A DNA stretch of 60,000 bases from Mobula hypostoma (taxonomy: Eukaryota), in the NCBI RefSeq assembly GCF_963921235.1, contig NC_086108.1, forward strand, positions 87,794,001 to 87,854,000, in the 5' to 3' direction. Shown here piece after piece: positions 39,601 to 52,404 of this stretch (its first letter is position 1; the number at the start of each line of letters is the position of its first letter). Below the pieces are notes generated by a model. It saw nothing but the letters and a program-made list of their open reading frames with translations, searched no databases and had not been told where the DNA came from. Both the position numbers and the translations under genes were made by a program.

Positions 39601-40326
39601 GGAAAAATCGCTCGGAAAATTTTGAACTATATATCACCCCTGAATGTAAAAGCCAACGTAGTAGGGAGATTCTCCATGTCAATAATTATCCCTTAAATAA
39701 TAACTCTCCAAAAATGAGAATAAGAGAAAAAACTAGTTACAACGGCAAATGATAACTAGATATATCCTGATCTATGTGTGCTAAATAAAGGATTTCTAAG
39801 AAAAATCATCAGATAGGAAGTGTTGGAAGACTATTGAATAACATTCAGTACAAAACTGGGTAAATATCTGTAAAGGATGAAAAAACAAGGTCTTTGGGGA
39901 ATAATTGGTATGTTGTAACAACAAGCCAACTGGCTTGTGATAAAAGTCTATGATTCTATCCAACATCAACAACTGACGAGTTGGAAACTATTTCACTGCT
40001 GGTTGTGTGACCTTGTGTGACCAAATATTGCTTTGCTTTCTGGAACCACAATCATCATTACCTGTCTATACTTTAAATTAGATCTTAGGCAACAGAGTAA
40101 TTTGTGAATCATGACATGTTGCATAAAATGCATCTTTCTCATCAGCAGATTTTCTTAACCTGGACAATTTTTAAAGAAATTTTCATTTAGCCTTTCCATA
40201 CTGCTCATCCTTAATGAAAACCGGCTCAACTAACAGTTCAAACAGCCTCCGTGCTACATGTTTCCCACCACCTATTCCTGAAAAAAAAAGTGAAGTCAAG
40301 CATCTCACTTCCTCTTATCAAGTCAT

Positions 40327-40933
40327 TGTACAGGGTCTTTCTTTTTCTTGTATGTTAAATTTAAAATGGCTTCTTTGTTATGTTATACTGGGGAATGCTT
40401 CTTTGTTATGTTAAATGCTGAGAAAGTCTCTAGCTAGACAGTTGATTAGGTTAATACAGACAGCAGGATGCTATTAGCCAGTGGGTGGTCATGTATCATT
40501 TTGTTTTCGGATACCATGCTGTATCATATGACTGGGGACGGGGTTTTGGTGGGGACTCGGAGGAGAGACGGGGAGGATGGCGGACGTGTGGAAAGGCTCT
40601 GGTCGATCACTCCGGGTGGTCCCGAGCCGTGAGTCGACAGGATTCAGGTGGTCGTCAGGAATCGATTGAGCTCCAACGGTTGCGCGCAAAGAACTTTGAT
40701 AAGTCTTGGCGCCTTTTTTTTCCATTACGTCCTTTTCTGTATCAAATTTATATTAATGTCATAGAATTAATAATATCTATAAAGTGTACTTGGTAAAACG
40801 TACTGGGTGTGCTGGCTGATGATTGATGTTCGGGATTGATTCGGGCGGCGACCGATCCTGTGGGAAGCATTGTGGCAGGTGCTGGGTGGGATTTCCCCTA
40901 AACATATACGAGCCAATGTAACTGAGTGTTACA
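40327..40933. mobile_element. Probable solo LTR
   Basis: This 607-bp block is CpG-rich, bounded by TGTA...TTACA, and flanked by an imperfect 4-bp repeat tcat/taat. It has no coding potential. Confidence 0.5.
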
Positions 40934-41009
40934 TAATGATCTACGTTAAAGAGGGGTACTAGACACACCCATTCACATAACATCTAGATGCCAAGATTGC
41001 AGTACTGAC

Positions 41010-41146
41010 CAGTTGGATTGCTGTCATATACTTTTTCCACCAGAGATATTTCTGAAACGCTGGGCCAGCTGCAGACAGACCATAATAGAAGTACATGATG
41101 ACATGGACGATGGAGTTCACCATGGCATGGAAGGATCCCATACCAC
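41010..41146 (-). CDS. ELOVL1: ELOVL1 coding exon (137 nt, phase 1/0)
   Basis: The exon is bounded by ttgcAG and GTcagt and translates to [46 protein letters not shown]. Confidence 0.96.
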
Positions 41147-41258
41147 CTGCAAGAAACACAGCAGGCATTATAACGAAGTACTGTACATGTACCAAATGTT
41201 GCTATTCATTTAGCTCAATAAAATAAAGCGTCAAATAATCAAAGCTCATTCTGTGTAC

Positions 41259-41364
41259 CTGGTCCAAACTTGACACCCCACCACCAGGTCCATGGCATTA
41301 CTGAATGGTGGAATATGTGAAGAAAGGTAATCTGACTGTTCTTCTTCCGCAGGACAAAGAATAC
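41259..41364 (-). CDS. ELOVL1: ELOVL1 coding exon containing the HxxHH box (106 nt, phase 0/1)
   Basis: The exon is bounded by tcttAG and GTacac and translates to [35 protein letters not shown]. Confidence 0.96.
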
Positions 41365-41644
41365 CTAAGATGTTGGAACAGGTTCATATCAACCAGTGTA
41401 CTGGGCATGAAGCAAACAATGAATCAAAGGTAATCTCATTATTGTGCAAATCATATCAACATATGAATGCAGTTACATTAATGAAGCATTCAGAGATCCA
41501 ATGGGACTATCAGTGCCATTGTAGGTCACCCTTCCTCCAAATCAGTTGTGGTAAGGGCAGGTAACAAGCAAACTACTAAGTATTATAAAATCACTATTGT
41601 AAAAAGAATGCTTTTTGCCCCATTGTGAAATTTACCTTCTTTCT

Positions 41645-42545
41645 TGGCCTCCACAGCCACCTGCAGCAATGAATTCTATAGATTCACTACCATTTAGCTA
41701 AAGAAGTTCTTCCTCATCTCTGTTCTAAATGGATATCCCTCCTTTCTGAGTTTGTCCCCTCTAGTCCAAGAATCCCCCACCATAGAAAACATCATCTCCA
41801 CATCCACACTATCCAGGCCATTCAATATTCGAGAGGTTTCAATGAGTTCCACACCCCTCATTCTTTTAAACTCCAGCAAATACTAACACAGAGCCAGCAA
41901 ATGCTCCTCATAGGTTAACCTTTTCATTCCTAGAATCATGCTCGTGAACCTCCTCTGGATCCCCTCAATGCCAGCACATCTTTTATTAGATAAGGGGAAA
42001 CTACTCTCAATACTCCAAGTGCGGTCTGTCCAATGTCTTACTAAGCTTCAGCATTACATTCTTGCTTTTATATTATAGTCTTCTTGAAATGAATGTTAAC
42101 ATTGCATTTGCCTTCCTCAGCACCCACTCAACCTGCAGGTTAACCTTTAGGGAATCCTGCATGTCGGTTCCCAAGTCCCTTTGCACCTCTGATTTTTGAA
42201 TTTCTCAATGTTTAGAAAAAAGGCTACACCTTTATTCCTTCTACCACAGTGCAAACATACACTTCACCATATTCTATCTGCCACTTCTTTGCCCATTTCC
42301 CTAATCCAAGTCCTTCTGCAAACTCCCTGCTTCCTCAGCACAATCTGCCCCTCCACCTACCTTCATGTCATCTGCAAACTGGCCACAAGGCCCTCACTTC
42401 CGTCGTCCAAACCACTGACATGCAGTATAACTGAAAAGAACCGGTCCCAACACGGACCCCTGAACAACACCACTAGTCACCTGCAGCCAAACAGAAAAGA
42501 CCCCCTTTATTCCTACTCTTTGCCTCCTGCCGGCCAGTCATCTTA
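41645..42545 (-). mobile_element. CR1 RT fragment
   Basis: It contains degraded VTSGVVQGSVLGP through GYPFRTEMRKNFFS. Confidence 0.85.
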
Positions 42546-43503
42546 ATCAGTCATGATCTTGCACAGCTGTACAGAATCTCCTCTCAGAATCGAAGTTGCT
42601 TTGATAAAGTTTGTACCACAATAATACACGTTGGACTTGCCAATGTACCTAGATCATGAAAAATGAAATCAAAGTAATCTCACATGCAAATTGGTGTTAA
42701 GCTCAAAGCATTCATGATCACAAAACATTGATGTTTCCTGACCTATAACCACATTATATGAACAGCCTGAAAATGCAGCCTGTCTGATGAACCTCCAAGT
42801 ACTCATTTCCCCATCAGTGTCTGCCAGCTACAAGGTGTAGTGCTGTTAATTGCCATGCCTACTCCAGAAAGAGGAACTTGCACACTTCCCTGCAAGCCCT
42901 GTACCATCTTGATATGGAAATATAGCACTGTTCCTTCATCACTGTTGACCTGTATTTGCACTCAAATGATCCAAATTTTCTGAATATGTTATTAACATTA
43001 CAAGCTTAAATTCCCTAGGTTGACATTTACACAATAATACATGCTGGGCTTGCCAATGCACCCAATTCCTGAAAAAGAGTGGACAATAAAGAAATAAGTC
43101 AGTTATTTGACAATCATATACCTGGTTTTGCGTAGGGATGGTGAAGAGGGCAGTGGCTTGGATTGAGGGAGGAAGAAGAAAGTATGATGAAATGAAGAGG
43201 AGGAGTTTTATTTAATTGGTGCAGCTAATTAAATCTGAAGGAGACTCCAGTTATGTGCCAATATCCCAACCCAGCCTACACTGCAAGGACACCCGAGAAA
43301 GCAAAAATTCCCATTGTACCCTGATACAGTGTCCACTCAGTAGAGGAAACTGGTAGCTGGTAATCTTTTGGTTTAAAAAGAAAATAAAGAACACACAGAA
43401 ACTGTGCAGAGACTTAAAGGTAGATTACAATTTATTGAATTTGAAACAAATTGATCCTTAGTTTTATCAATCACAGAAGGCCAAAAAAAATTGTCATACT
43501 CAC

Positions 43504-43560
43504 TGTGTCAAACAGTTCAATGAATTTGGAAAATAAGAACAGCCATGCTACACGCACCAT
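43504..43560 (-). CDS. ELOVL1: ELOVL1 coding exon (57 nt, phase 0/0)
   Basis: The exon is bounded by cccacAG and GTgagt and translates to MVRVAWLFLFSKFIELFDT, which contains the KxxExxDT motif. Confidence 0.96.
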
Positions 43561-43825
43561 CTGTGGGATTAAAAAAAAAAGATATCAGACTTAGAGCATT
43601 AGTCAGCTCCATCATGGGTACCAGCCCCCATAGTATCCAAGACATCTTCAAGGAGCAATACCTCATTAAGGATCCCCATCATTCAGGACATGTCCTCTTC
43701 TTATTGTTACCATCAGGTAGGAGGTACAGAAGCCTGAAAGCACACACTCAGCGATTCAGGAACAGCTTCTTCCCCTCTGCCATCTGATTTCTAAATGGAC
43801 ATTGAACCCACGACTGAGTATGAGT

Positions 43826-43862
43826 GAGAGAGAGAGAGACAGACGGAGGCAGAGAGAGGGGC

Positions 43863-43902
<40 letters not shown>

Positions 43903-44041
43903 CGAGGAGAGAGAGAGAGAGAGGGGCGAGGAGAGAGAGAGAGAGAGAGAGGGGCGAGGAGAGAGAGAGAGAGAGAGAGAGAGGGGCGAGGAGAGAGAGA
44001 GAGAGAGAGAGAGGGGCGAGGAGAGAGAGAGAGAGGGGGGC

Positions 44042-44073
<32 letters not shown>

Positions 44074-44132
44074 GCAGAGGCGAGGAGAGAGAGAGGGGCG
44101 AGGAGAGAGACAGAGACACACACACACACACA
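43826..44132. repeat. Compound (GA)n / GGGGCGAG polypurine tandem repeat followed by (CA)n
   Basis: About eight gg(gg)cgagga units are separated by (GA)n runs of variable length. Confidence 0.95.
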
Positions 44133-44246
44133 GAGTGACAGAATATATGATCTCTCTCACTCTCTCTGCCCCTCTGCCTGCCTCTATCTGTCTCTCACTC
44201 ACACTCAATCATGGGCTCAATGTCCATTTAGAAATACATATATATA

Positions 44247-46642
44247 CACCAAGACGACAAATGAAAAATCCAAGCAACTTCACAAAAAGGTTATTGAAAA
44301 GCTCAAGTCAGGAGATGGATACAAGAAAGTTTCCAAGTCACTCTCTTGGAGTACAGAATTGAATTGGCTTCATTTCTTACATCCTTCACATACATGAGTA
44401 GTAAAAATGTTTACGTTTCATCTTCATCTAAATGTGCAATCATAGTAATTTATAATAAATAGAACAAACAATGTAACATAAAAATACACTCAAATCAGCG
44501 TCAGTTAATCAGGCTGGTGGAAGAAGCTGTCCTGGAGCCTGTTGGTCCTGGCTTTTATGCTGTGGTACCATTTCCCAGATGGTAGCAGCTGGAGTAGATT
44601 GTGGTTGGGGTGATTCAGGTCCCCAACGATCCTACGGGCCCTTTTTTCACACCTGTCTTTGTAAATGTCCTGAATCATGGGAAGTTCACAACGACAGATG
44701 CGCTGGGCTGTCCGCACCACTCTCTGCAAAATCCTGCGATTAAGGTATGAACAGTTCCCATACCAGGCAGTGATGCAGCCAGTCAGGATGCTCTCAATTG
44801 TGCCCCCGTGGCCCATACCAAACTTCCTCAACCATCTGAGGTGAAAGAGGCACTGTTGTGCTTTTCTCACCACCCAGCCGGTATGTACAGACCATGTGAG
44901 GTCCTCGGTGATGTGGATGCCGAGGAATTTAAAGCTGTTCACCCTCTCAACCCCAGATCCATTGATGTCAATAGGAATCTCCATTCCTCCTGTAGTCCAC
45001 AACCAGCTCTTTTGTTTTTGTGACATTGAGGGAGAGGTTGTTTTCTTGATATCATTGTGTCACAGAGATTACTTCTTCTCTGTAGGCCACCTCATTATTG
45101 TTTGAGATTAGGTCCATCAATGTAGTGTCATTGGCAAATTTAATTATCAGATTAGAGCTGTGGGTGGCAACACAGTCATGGCTATATAGGGAGTAAAGGA
45201 GGTGAATTAGCACACAGCCCTGAGGGGCTCCTGTGTTGAGAGTCAAAGGGGTGTGGGCGAGGGAGCCCACTCTTACCACCTGCCAGCGATCTGACAGGAA
45301 GTCCAGGATCCAGATGCACAAGGCAAGGTCAAAGCCAAGGTCTCGGTCTCTGAGCTTCCTGTCAAGCCTGGATGGAATCATGGTGTTGAATGCTGAACAG
45401 CTTCTCACATAAGCATCCTTCTTCTCCAGATGTATAAGAACAGTATGTAGAGCAGTGGCTATTGTGTCACCCATCAATCAGTTGCGTCGGTAGGCGATTT
45501 GTAGGGGGGGGGTAGGCGAATCGTAAGTTACGTCAATCAGCAAGAAATAGAAAGAATATGACACAACTGTAAATTTTCCTAGAGCAGGCAGTCACAAAAA
45601 CTGAGTCACCATGCAAGGAGACTAGTGAGTGAGGCCAGCAAGAGCTCTGGAGGAGTTACAAGCTTCAGTGGCTGAGATGGGAGAGTCTGTGCATATACTG
45701 TTGCCTGGGTGCTTCACTATCACAGCTTTATGGGAGGGTGGCAAAGAGAAAGCCACCTGGGGGAGAAAAACACATGAAATCTCGGCTAGAGTTTGCCAGA
45801 AGGCATGTGGGAGACTCTGAAGTCAGCTGGAAGGTTCTATGATCTGATGAAATCACAATTGAGCTTTTTTGTTATCAGACTAAATGCTATTTTTGGCATA
45901 AACCAAACACCACACATCATCAAAAGCACACCATTCCTTCCATGAAGCATGGTGGAGGCTGCATCATGCTGTGGGGATGCTTCACTGCAGCAGGCCCTGG
46001 AAGGCTCGTGAAGGCAGAGGATAAAATGAATGCCGCAAAATACAGGGAAATCCTGGAGGATAACCTGATGTAGTCTGCAAGAGAACTACAACTTGAGCTT
46101 GTTTTCCAGCAAAACTATGACCCCAAGCATAAAGCCAAAGATACACAGGAAATGGCTTAAAAACCAAAATTAATGTCCTGGAGTGGCCAAGTCAGAGTCC
46201 AGACCTCAATCCAAGTTGTGGCTGGACTTGAAAAGGGCTGTTCACTCACGATCCCCGTGCAATCCGACAGAGTTTGAGCAATTTTATAAAGAATAATGGG
46301 GAAAAAATCGCAGTGTCCAGATGTGCAAAGCTGATAGAGACCTACCCACACAGACTCAAGGCTACAATTGCTGCCAAAAGTACATCTACTAAATACTGAC
46401 TTAGAGAGGGTGAATACTTATGTAATCAACTATTTTGTGTTTTATATTTGTAATTAATTTAGATCACTTTGTAGAGATCTGTTTTCACTTCAACACGTTT
46501 TTTTTTCCTCTGTTAATCAGTATCAAAAGATCCAAATTAAATCCACTGTGATTGAATGCTGTAAAACAATAAAGCATGAAAACTTCCGGCAGGCGGGGGG
46601 GGGGGGGGCGGGGAGAAGGGTGAATACTTTTTATAGACATTG
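44247..46642 (+). mobile_element. Tc1 transposon remnant (44247-44356 plus 45526-46642)
   Basis: It has an N-terminal KSGDGYKKVSKSL and later [22 protein letters not shown] and WPSQSPDLNP. The right TIR ends in acattg|TA. Confidence 0.8.
44357..45525 (-). mobile_element. Rex1/Babar-like LINE RT fragment inserted into the Tc1
   Basis: It encodes SAFNT, TGAPQGCVL, IIKFAND, FKFLGIHI and ESILTGCITAWYG. Confidence 0.85.
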
Positions 46643-47811
46643 TATATACGCGTGCACCCACTTATTTGATAGATTGATTGCAATTCAGTTTTTTCCTATA
46701 TGATCATGTATTACATTGCACTGCCACTGCTAAGTTAACAAATTTTACAACATATGCTGGTGCAATTAAACCTGATTCTGAATCTGAAGGGCACAGTTGA
46801 ATGTGAACCACTCAGTAAAACTGTCTAATCTCCAGCCAAGGCCAATGTGCAGAACTATGTTCGAAAAACAAAATATCTGTGCAAATAAAATTCTACATTC
46901 TTCAAAAGACAGATTTGTATGCATAAAGCAGTTTTCACACTTCAATGTCACAAAGCACTTTACAACCATTGAAGGATTCCGAAGAACAATCATTGTTGTA
47001 GCATAGAAAAAGCCAGTTTGGTCACAACAAACCTCTACAAAAGAGCACCAAGATGCTGACAGAGGGAAATACTGATTATGACACGAACAAATATTCTACT
47101 CACTGTTTTAAAGTACAAGATCCCTCACAATTCTTTACTGGTGCATCAGCCTAGATTTTGAACTCAAGTCTCAGAGTGGATCTTGAACCTGCATGTTTTG
47201 ATGAGGTGGGATTGTTACTAACGGAACCACAACACAATTAGATTGATACTTTACCAGTGAGGAATCATCCAAATCAATAAAAATTACTGTTGCCTTTGGG
47301 AAGCTAATTACTGAAAATGAATAATGGTAATTAATGGTTAGGTTTGAAATATCCTGGAGTATTTACAAGCACAATCTTAATCTCAATATTGGCAGTACTG
47401 TGCTATCCTTCAGAAAATTTGCACACGCCAAGTCATTACAAGACTACTTCTGATTACTGCTAATTTTATCTTTGAGTTACAATAGGTTACAAATGCACTA
47501 CAAATGGCCATTAAGATTATAAATACAAGAGAGCAAGCTTTTTACCCCAGATTACTGAATGAGATTAAATTTAATTAGCTTTAAATTTAAGAAAATGGAA
47601 CTGAAATAAGAAGTTCAAATGTCAACAGAATAGTACAAGGTGTGGAAATGTGAAAGATTTGGCAAAGATGACTCTGTTCCTGCAGCCCAGGAACATGACA
47701 GGCAGATTTCACAGATGCAAGCCATCACCACTTTTGACGTAGGGGCCCTCTGCTCAAACACAAACTACAACATCACCAATGTGAAGCAGCAGCTTCAATA
47801 CCAGATGCCAT

Positions 47812-48965
47812 ATTTTCAGAAGGCCTTTGACAAGGTGCCGCACATGAGGCTGCTAAACAAAATAAGAGCCCATGGAATTTTGGGAAAGTTACATACATGG
47901 ATAGAGTGTTGGCTGATTGGCAGGAAACAGAGAGTGGGAATAAAGGGATCCTATTCTGGTTGGCTGCCAGTTACCAGTGGTGTTCCACAGGGGTTCGTGT
48001 TGGGACCGCTTCTTTTTACATTGTACATCAGCGGTTTGGATTATGGAATAGATGGCTTTGTGGCTAAATTTGCTGATGATACAATGATAGGTGGTGCTGA
48101 GGAAACGGAGAGTCTGCAGAGAGACTTGGATAGATTGGGAGAATGGGCAAAGAAGTAGCAAATGAAATACAATGTTGGAAAGTGTATGGTTATGCACTTT
48201 GGCAGAAGAAATAAATGGGCAGACTATTATTTAAATAGGGAGAGAATTCAAAGTTCTGAGATGCAACCGGACTTGGAAGTCCTCGTGCAGGATATCCTTA
48301 AGGTTAACCTCCAGGTTGAGTTGGTGGTGAAGAAGGCGAATTCATTTCTACAGGAATAGAGTATAGGAGCAGGGATGTGATGTTGAGGCTCTATAAGACA
48401 CTAGTAAGACCTCACTTGGAGTACTGTGTGCAGTTTTGGTCTCCTTATTTAAGAAAGGATGTGCTGACGTTGGAGAGGGTTCAGAGAAGATTCACTAGAA
48501 TGATTCCGGGAATGAGAGCGTTAACATGAGGAACGTTTGACCGCTCTTGGACTGTACTCCTTGGAGTTTAGAAGAATGAGGGGGGACCTCATAGAAACAT
48601 TTCGAATGTTGAAAGGCATGGACAGAGTGGATCTGGCAAAGTTGTTTCCCATGATGGGGGAGTCTAGTACGAGAAGGCATGACTCAAGGATTGAAGGACA
48701 CCCATTCAGAACAGAGATGCGAAGAAATTTTTTCAGCCAGAGGGTGGTGAATCCGTGCAATTTGTTGCCACAGGCAGCAGTGGAGGTCAAGTCATTGGGT
48801 GTATTTAAGGCAGAGATTGATAGGTATCTGAGTAGCCAGGGCATCAAAGGTTATGGTGAGAAGGCGGGGGAGTGGGACTAAATGGGAGAATGGATCAGCT
48901 CATGATAGAATGGTGGAGCAGACTCGATGGGCCGAATGGCCAACTTCTGCTCCTTTGTCTTATGC
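47812..48965 (+). mobile_element. CR1 RT and 3' end, same subfamily as 37950-39497
   Basis: It encodes FQKAFDKVPH, GVPQGFVLGP and KFADDT, and is highly similar to the 37950 copy. Confidence 0.9.
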
Positions 48966-49277
48966 TGTCTAAAATAGCAGTGGTGATTAAGATACAAACT
49001 TGCCCAATTCCAGACATTCTCCCTTTTTATTCTCTTCCCTTCCAAGCTCTCAACACAAACCCCAATTCCTTAGAAGGGAATCTAGTTCTAATGAAAAGTT
49101 TCATTTTGAAATCTGAATTACCTCTCTCTGGCATCATGTGTAGAACATTTCCAGGTTTCATTTCTGTAGGTGGCACTGTTGCCTTAGTGCTTACACAGAC
49201 TTCAGGCCACCTTGGATGAGTAGATCACAATTTTGCCACTGTCCAAGCACTCAAGCTATAATACTAAACGCTTACAT

Positions 49278-49560
49278 GGGCTGTATAGTAACGTAGTGGT
49301 TAGCACAATGGTTTACAGTACCAGTGACTTAGGTTCAATTCCCGTCGCTGCCTGAAAGGAGTTTATATGTTTGCTCCATGTATGTTTCCTCTGGGTGCTC
49401 CAGCTCCAGTCCCCCCCAACCACCACACAGTCCAAAGACCTACCCTTGTGTAGGTTCATCATTGTAAATTGCCCCATGATTGGGCGAGGATAAAATCGGG
49501 GGTAAATGGGCAGCAGAGCTCGGAAGGCCTATTCCACGCTGTATCTCAATAAAATTAAAA
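49278..49560 (+). mobile_element. V-SINE-like (HE1-type) SINE
   Basis: It has A and B boxes (tagtggttagc, ggttcaattcc), a V-domain (tttcctctgggtgctccag...cacagtccaaagac) and an A-rich tail. Confidence 0.7.
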
Positions 49561-50200
49561 TACATTTGAATGTGTGGCCTTAACCTCCTGGATAGGGATA
49601 TAAATATATAATTAAGAAGCTCAAGGGAACCTTTGGAACATGCTTTTATAAAGGCATTTTATAATACAGGAAGGAAAAGGTTACTAATAAACTAGACTCC
49701 ATAAATATGTGAAGGATAAAACTTTTCACATCTGAGCTAACAGCCGAAGTCTTCCCGCCAAGATAACATCTGAGAAACACAACACACACGGTGTGTCTCG
49801 TGTCAGGACATTATGGCCCAAGGGACCGATCATTGGCTGACTGCGGGTCCATAGCGGTGACCAAGGAAGATAATCTGCTTAAAGTACGAACGTCGGGACT
49901 GCCGTAGGTGGATCTGCTGTCCACTCAACAAAATAGGACCAGCATGACCATCTGAACCAACAGCCCAGCTGGAGATCTGGAAAATTTTTAAAAATTGTTA
50001 AGAATGTCAATAGCATGTGTAAAAGTACAATACACACACACACACACACACACACACAATAAATGTATTAAGGACAGAACAGTTAGAAAGACTTTCTCCA
50101 GGGGTTACAATATAGCATTATTCAATGACAAATGAGAACCAGACCTGAGAATCTCAGTGCACCTAATGACATAATTACAAAATTCATATTTCATCTAAAG

Positions 50201-50287
50201 CAGGGGCTCCCAACCTGAGGTCCACAGACCCCTTGCTTAAAGGGGTCCATTGATCGAAGGCATTAAAAAAAGGATTGGGAATTCCTG
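50201..50287. mobile_element. Tiny hAT MITE (87 bp), with a related copy at 58807-58885
   Basis: The TIRs are caggggctcccaa / ttgggaattcctg, and the TSD is atctaaag/atctaagg. Confidence 0.75.
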
Positions 50288-52404
50288 ATCTAAGGCATCA
50301 AAACATGCTGCTTCTGTCCACATACCATCACAGAAAGGGAGATATTTATTCTCTGATATTCAGATTTGCAGATATGTGCATCCAGCAAAAAAAAAACACC
50401 AATAAACAAGATGATGAGAAATTAGTGAATGGGTAAGCATAATCATCTGGATTGAAGGTACCAATAGTGGCTTGAGTGAGCTCGGACAATTAATCTCAGG
50501 TGAATTAAGCCCCCTCTATGACTTCAATTTGCACTGCCGCTCCTTTACGTACCACAACTTCCTGTCGTTCATCTGATAATGAAAAAAATTCATACGGAAA
50601 CTTTTCATTTATTGAGATACTGTGCAGGATAGGGCCTTCTGGCCATGCCACGCAGCAACCCCCAATTTAATCATGGGACAATTTACAACGACTGATTAAC
50701 CTACCAACCGGTATGCCTTTGGACAAGCAGCTGTAAGTGCCAAACAAATGTAACTAAAAGTAATAACTGAGCGATACAAAGCATCTCAGGGGTAAAGTCA
50801 CCTTGACCCCAGTACAACTCTCTCCCCACTCCCGTCTACCCCTAGCCCCCACACAGAGGGCTAACCCGAACTCAGCATCAAACAATGGCACTCCACGGTT
50901 CCTAAATAAATGTGGTCCCAGTCTCAACAGCAAAGCACATTTCACACCAGGCATTGATCAGTCCCTGGTATTGTTTTCAATTTTGTCATTCAGCCTATAA
51001 CCATCCAGATATCCAAAATGCTTTTGTAGCTTCTTTTTCTTCATTCCATTCAATGTACACCTACTATTTAAAGGCAACTCTCTACAATCTTCCTTTTAGG
51101 CCTAGATATTCTACACATTTCAGCATCCTTAGGGCTTTCCCCGGCGTCACAAGCAGGGCAGCCTCATTGTTCTATTCTGCAGTGGTCCCCAGAGTCTTAA
51201 ACAAGTCATGTGCAGGAGCAACTGCTGAGAGTCGGTTCAGCTCCTTCAGCAGACACACCCGGAATAGAAGCCCATTACGTAAACACTGTATCCTAATATT
51301 AAAATCGGAGAACTGACCAACACCCTGTGCAAGTAGCTCTCAACCAGCAAGACCTTACCCATCAACACACAACAAGCCGGGGGTTAGGGGGAATCGCGCA
51401 AATTAGTGAATTAGCAAAGTAGTGGAGATTTCTCCATCACTAATGTGCCCAAGAGCAAACAGGAGAGGCAGGATAAGGGAGTAAAGTAGCTCCATATGGC
51501 TTGGGAATTAGAATTAGCTAAAGGAAGGCCCAAGGGAGACACAGAAAATAAATAATTGAAGATACAAAAGGTTCATATAATGTTTTGGTTGTAGTTAGGC
51601 TGTTTTTCTTCATAGGCTGACAATTTTATGAATATGGAGGTACAAATGCAATAAATTTAGGGGTACAAATACAATCGAGAAGAAAGGGCCTTAAAGTTAG
51701 AAGCTACTAATTGCAAAATCAGTGGGAGGGAGAAGAAAAGGGAATCAATTGCTGCATCAAACCTCAGCTATCAATTGAAGAAAAGATAGGACTAAATTAA
51801 TTAGACGTTGAACATGTTTGGTGAAAAGCCAACAATGAAATGTGGAGTGAAACAAATTAACTGGGCTTGGCAGGGAACAGAGGATGCAAATATAGTTAAC
51901 TAAGACAATGCTTTGAAGTAAAGCTGGAGCCAAAGAGCAGCGAACTTCCGTGGTCAGATGAGGGTGGACAGCCACTCATGGCAACCATCTTATCCCAACC
52001 TCAACAGTCAGCACAGGAAGGAAGCAGGGCACGTCTCCAATGACAACAGAGCACAGTGTCTGTACAAAGAAGAGGGGAGAAATTTCAACTCCCTGACAAA
52101 AGGCGGGAAAATTATAAACAAACGACCGCCGAAAGCTCAAGAGATAGTGGAGATCATGCACAAAACGAAAAGAAAGCATTTACTGCGGTAGCCTACATTG
52201 GAGCAAAGAGCAAGTCCCTGGATGCTGGAAGCTCAGACAGATGGACAGGAAAGACAAGATAAGGATTCAAATTAAAAGATGGCAAATGAGTCATAACAAA
52301 CAAAATTTATGGCTAAGTGATTACACAAGCAGTTACCAGAAACTCACATCAAAAATAGCACTCAGTATTGAGAAGTCACAGCAGCAAAATAATACTGTAT
52401 GATA

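Larger units (their letters stand above)
43592..46785 (+). mobile_element. Rex1/Babar-like 3' fragment (43592-43812 plus about 46660-46785) split by a microsatellite, a Tc1 and another LINE
   Basis: It reads IKDPHHSGHVLFLLLPSGRRYRSLKAHTQRFRNSFFP. A tail matching the 12620 copy (aattaaacctgattctgaatctga) resumes after the Tc1 end. Confidence 0.65.

Noticed and set aside
43748..44362. Overlapping ER-rich and SL-rich ORFs
   Set aside because: These are translation artefacts of the (GA)n repeat.
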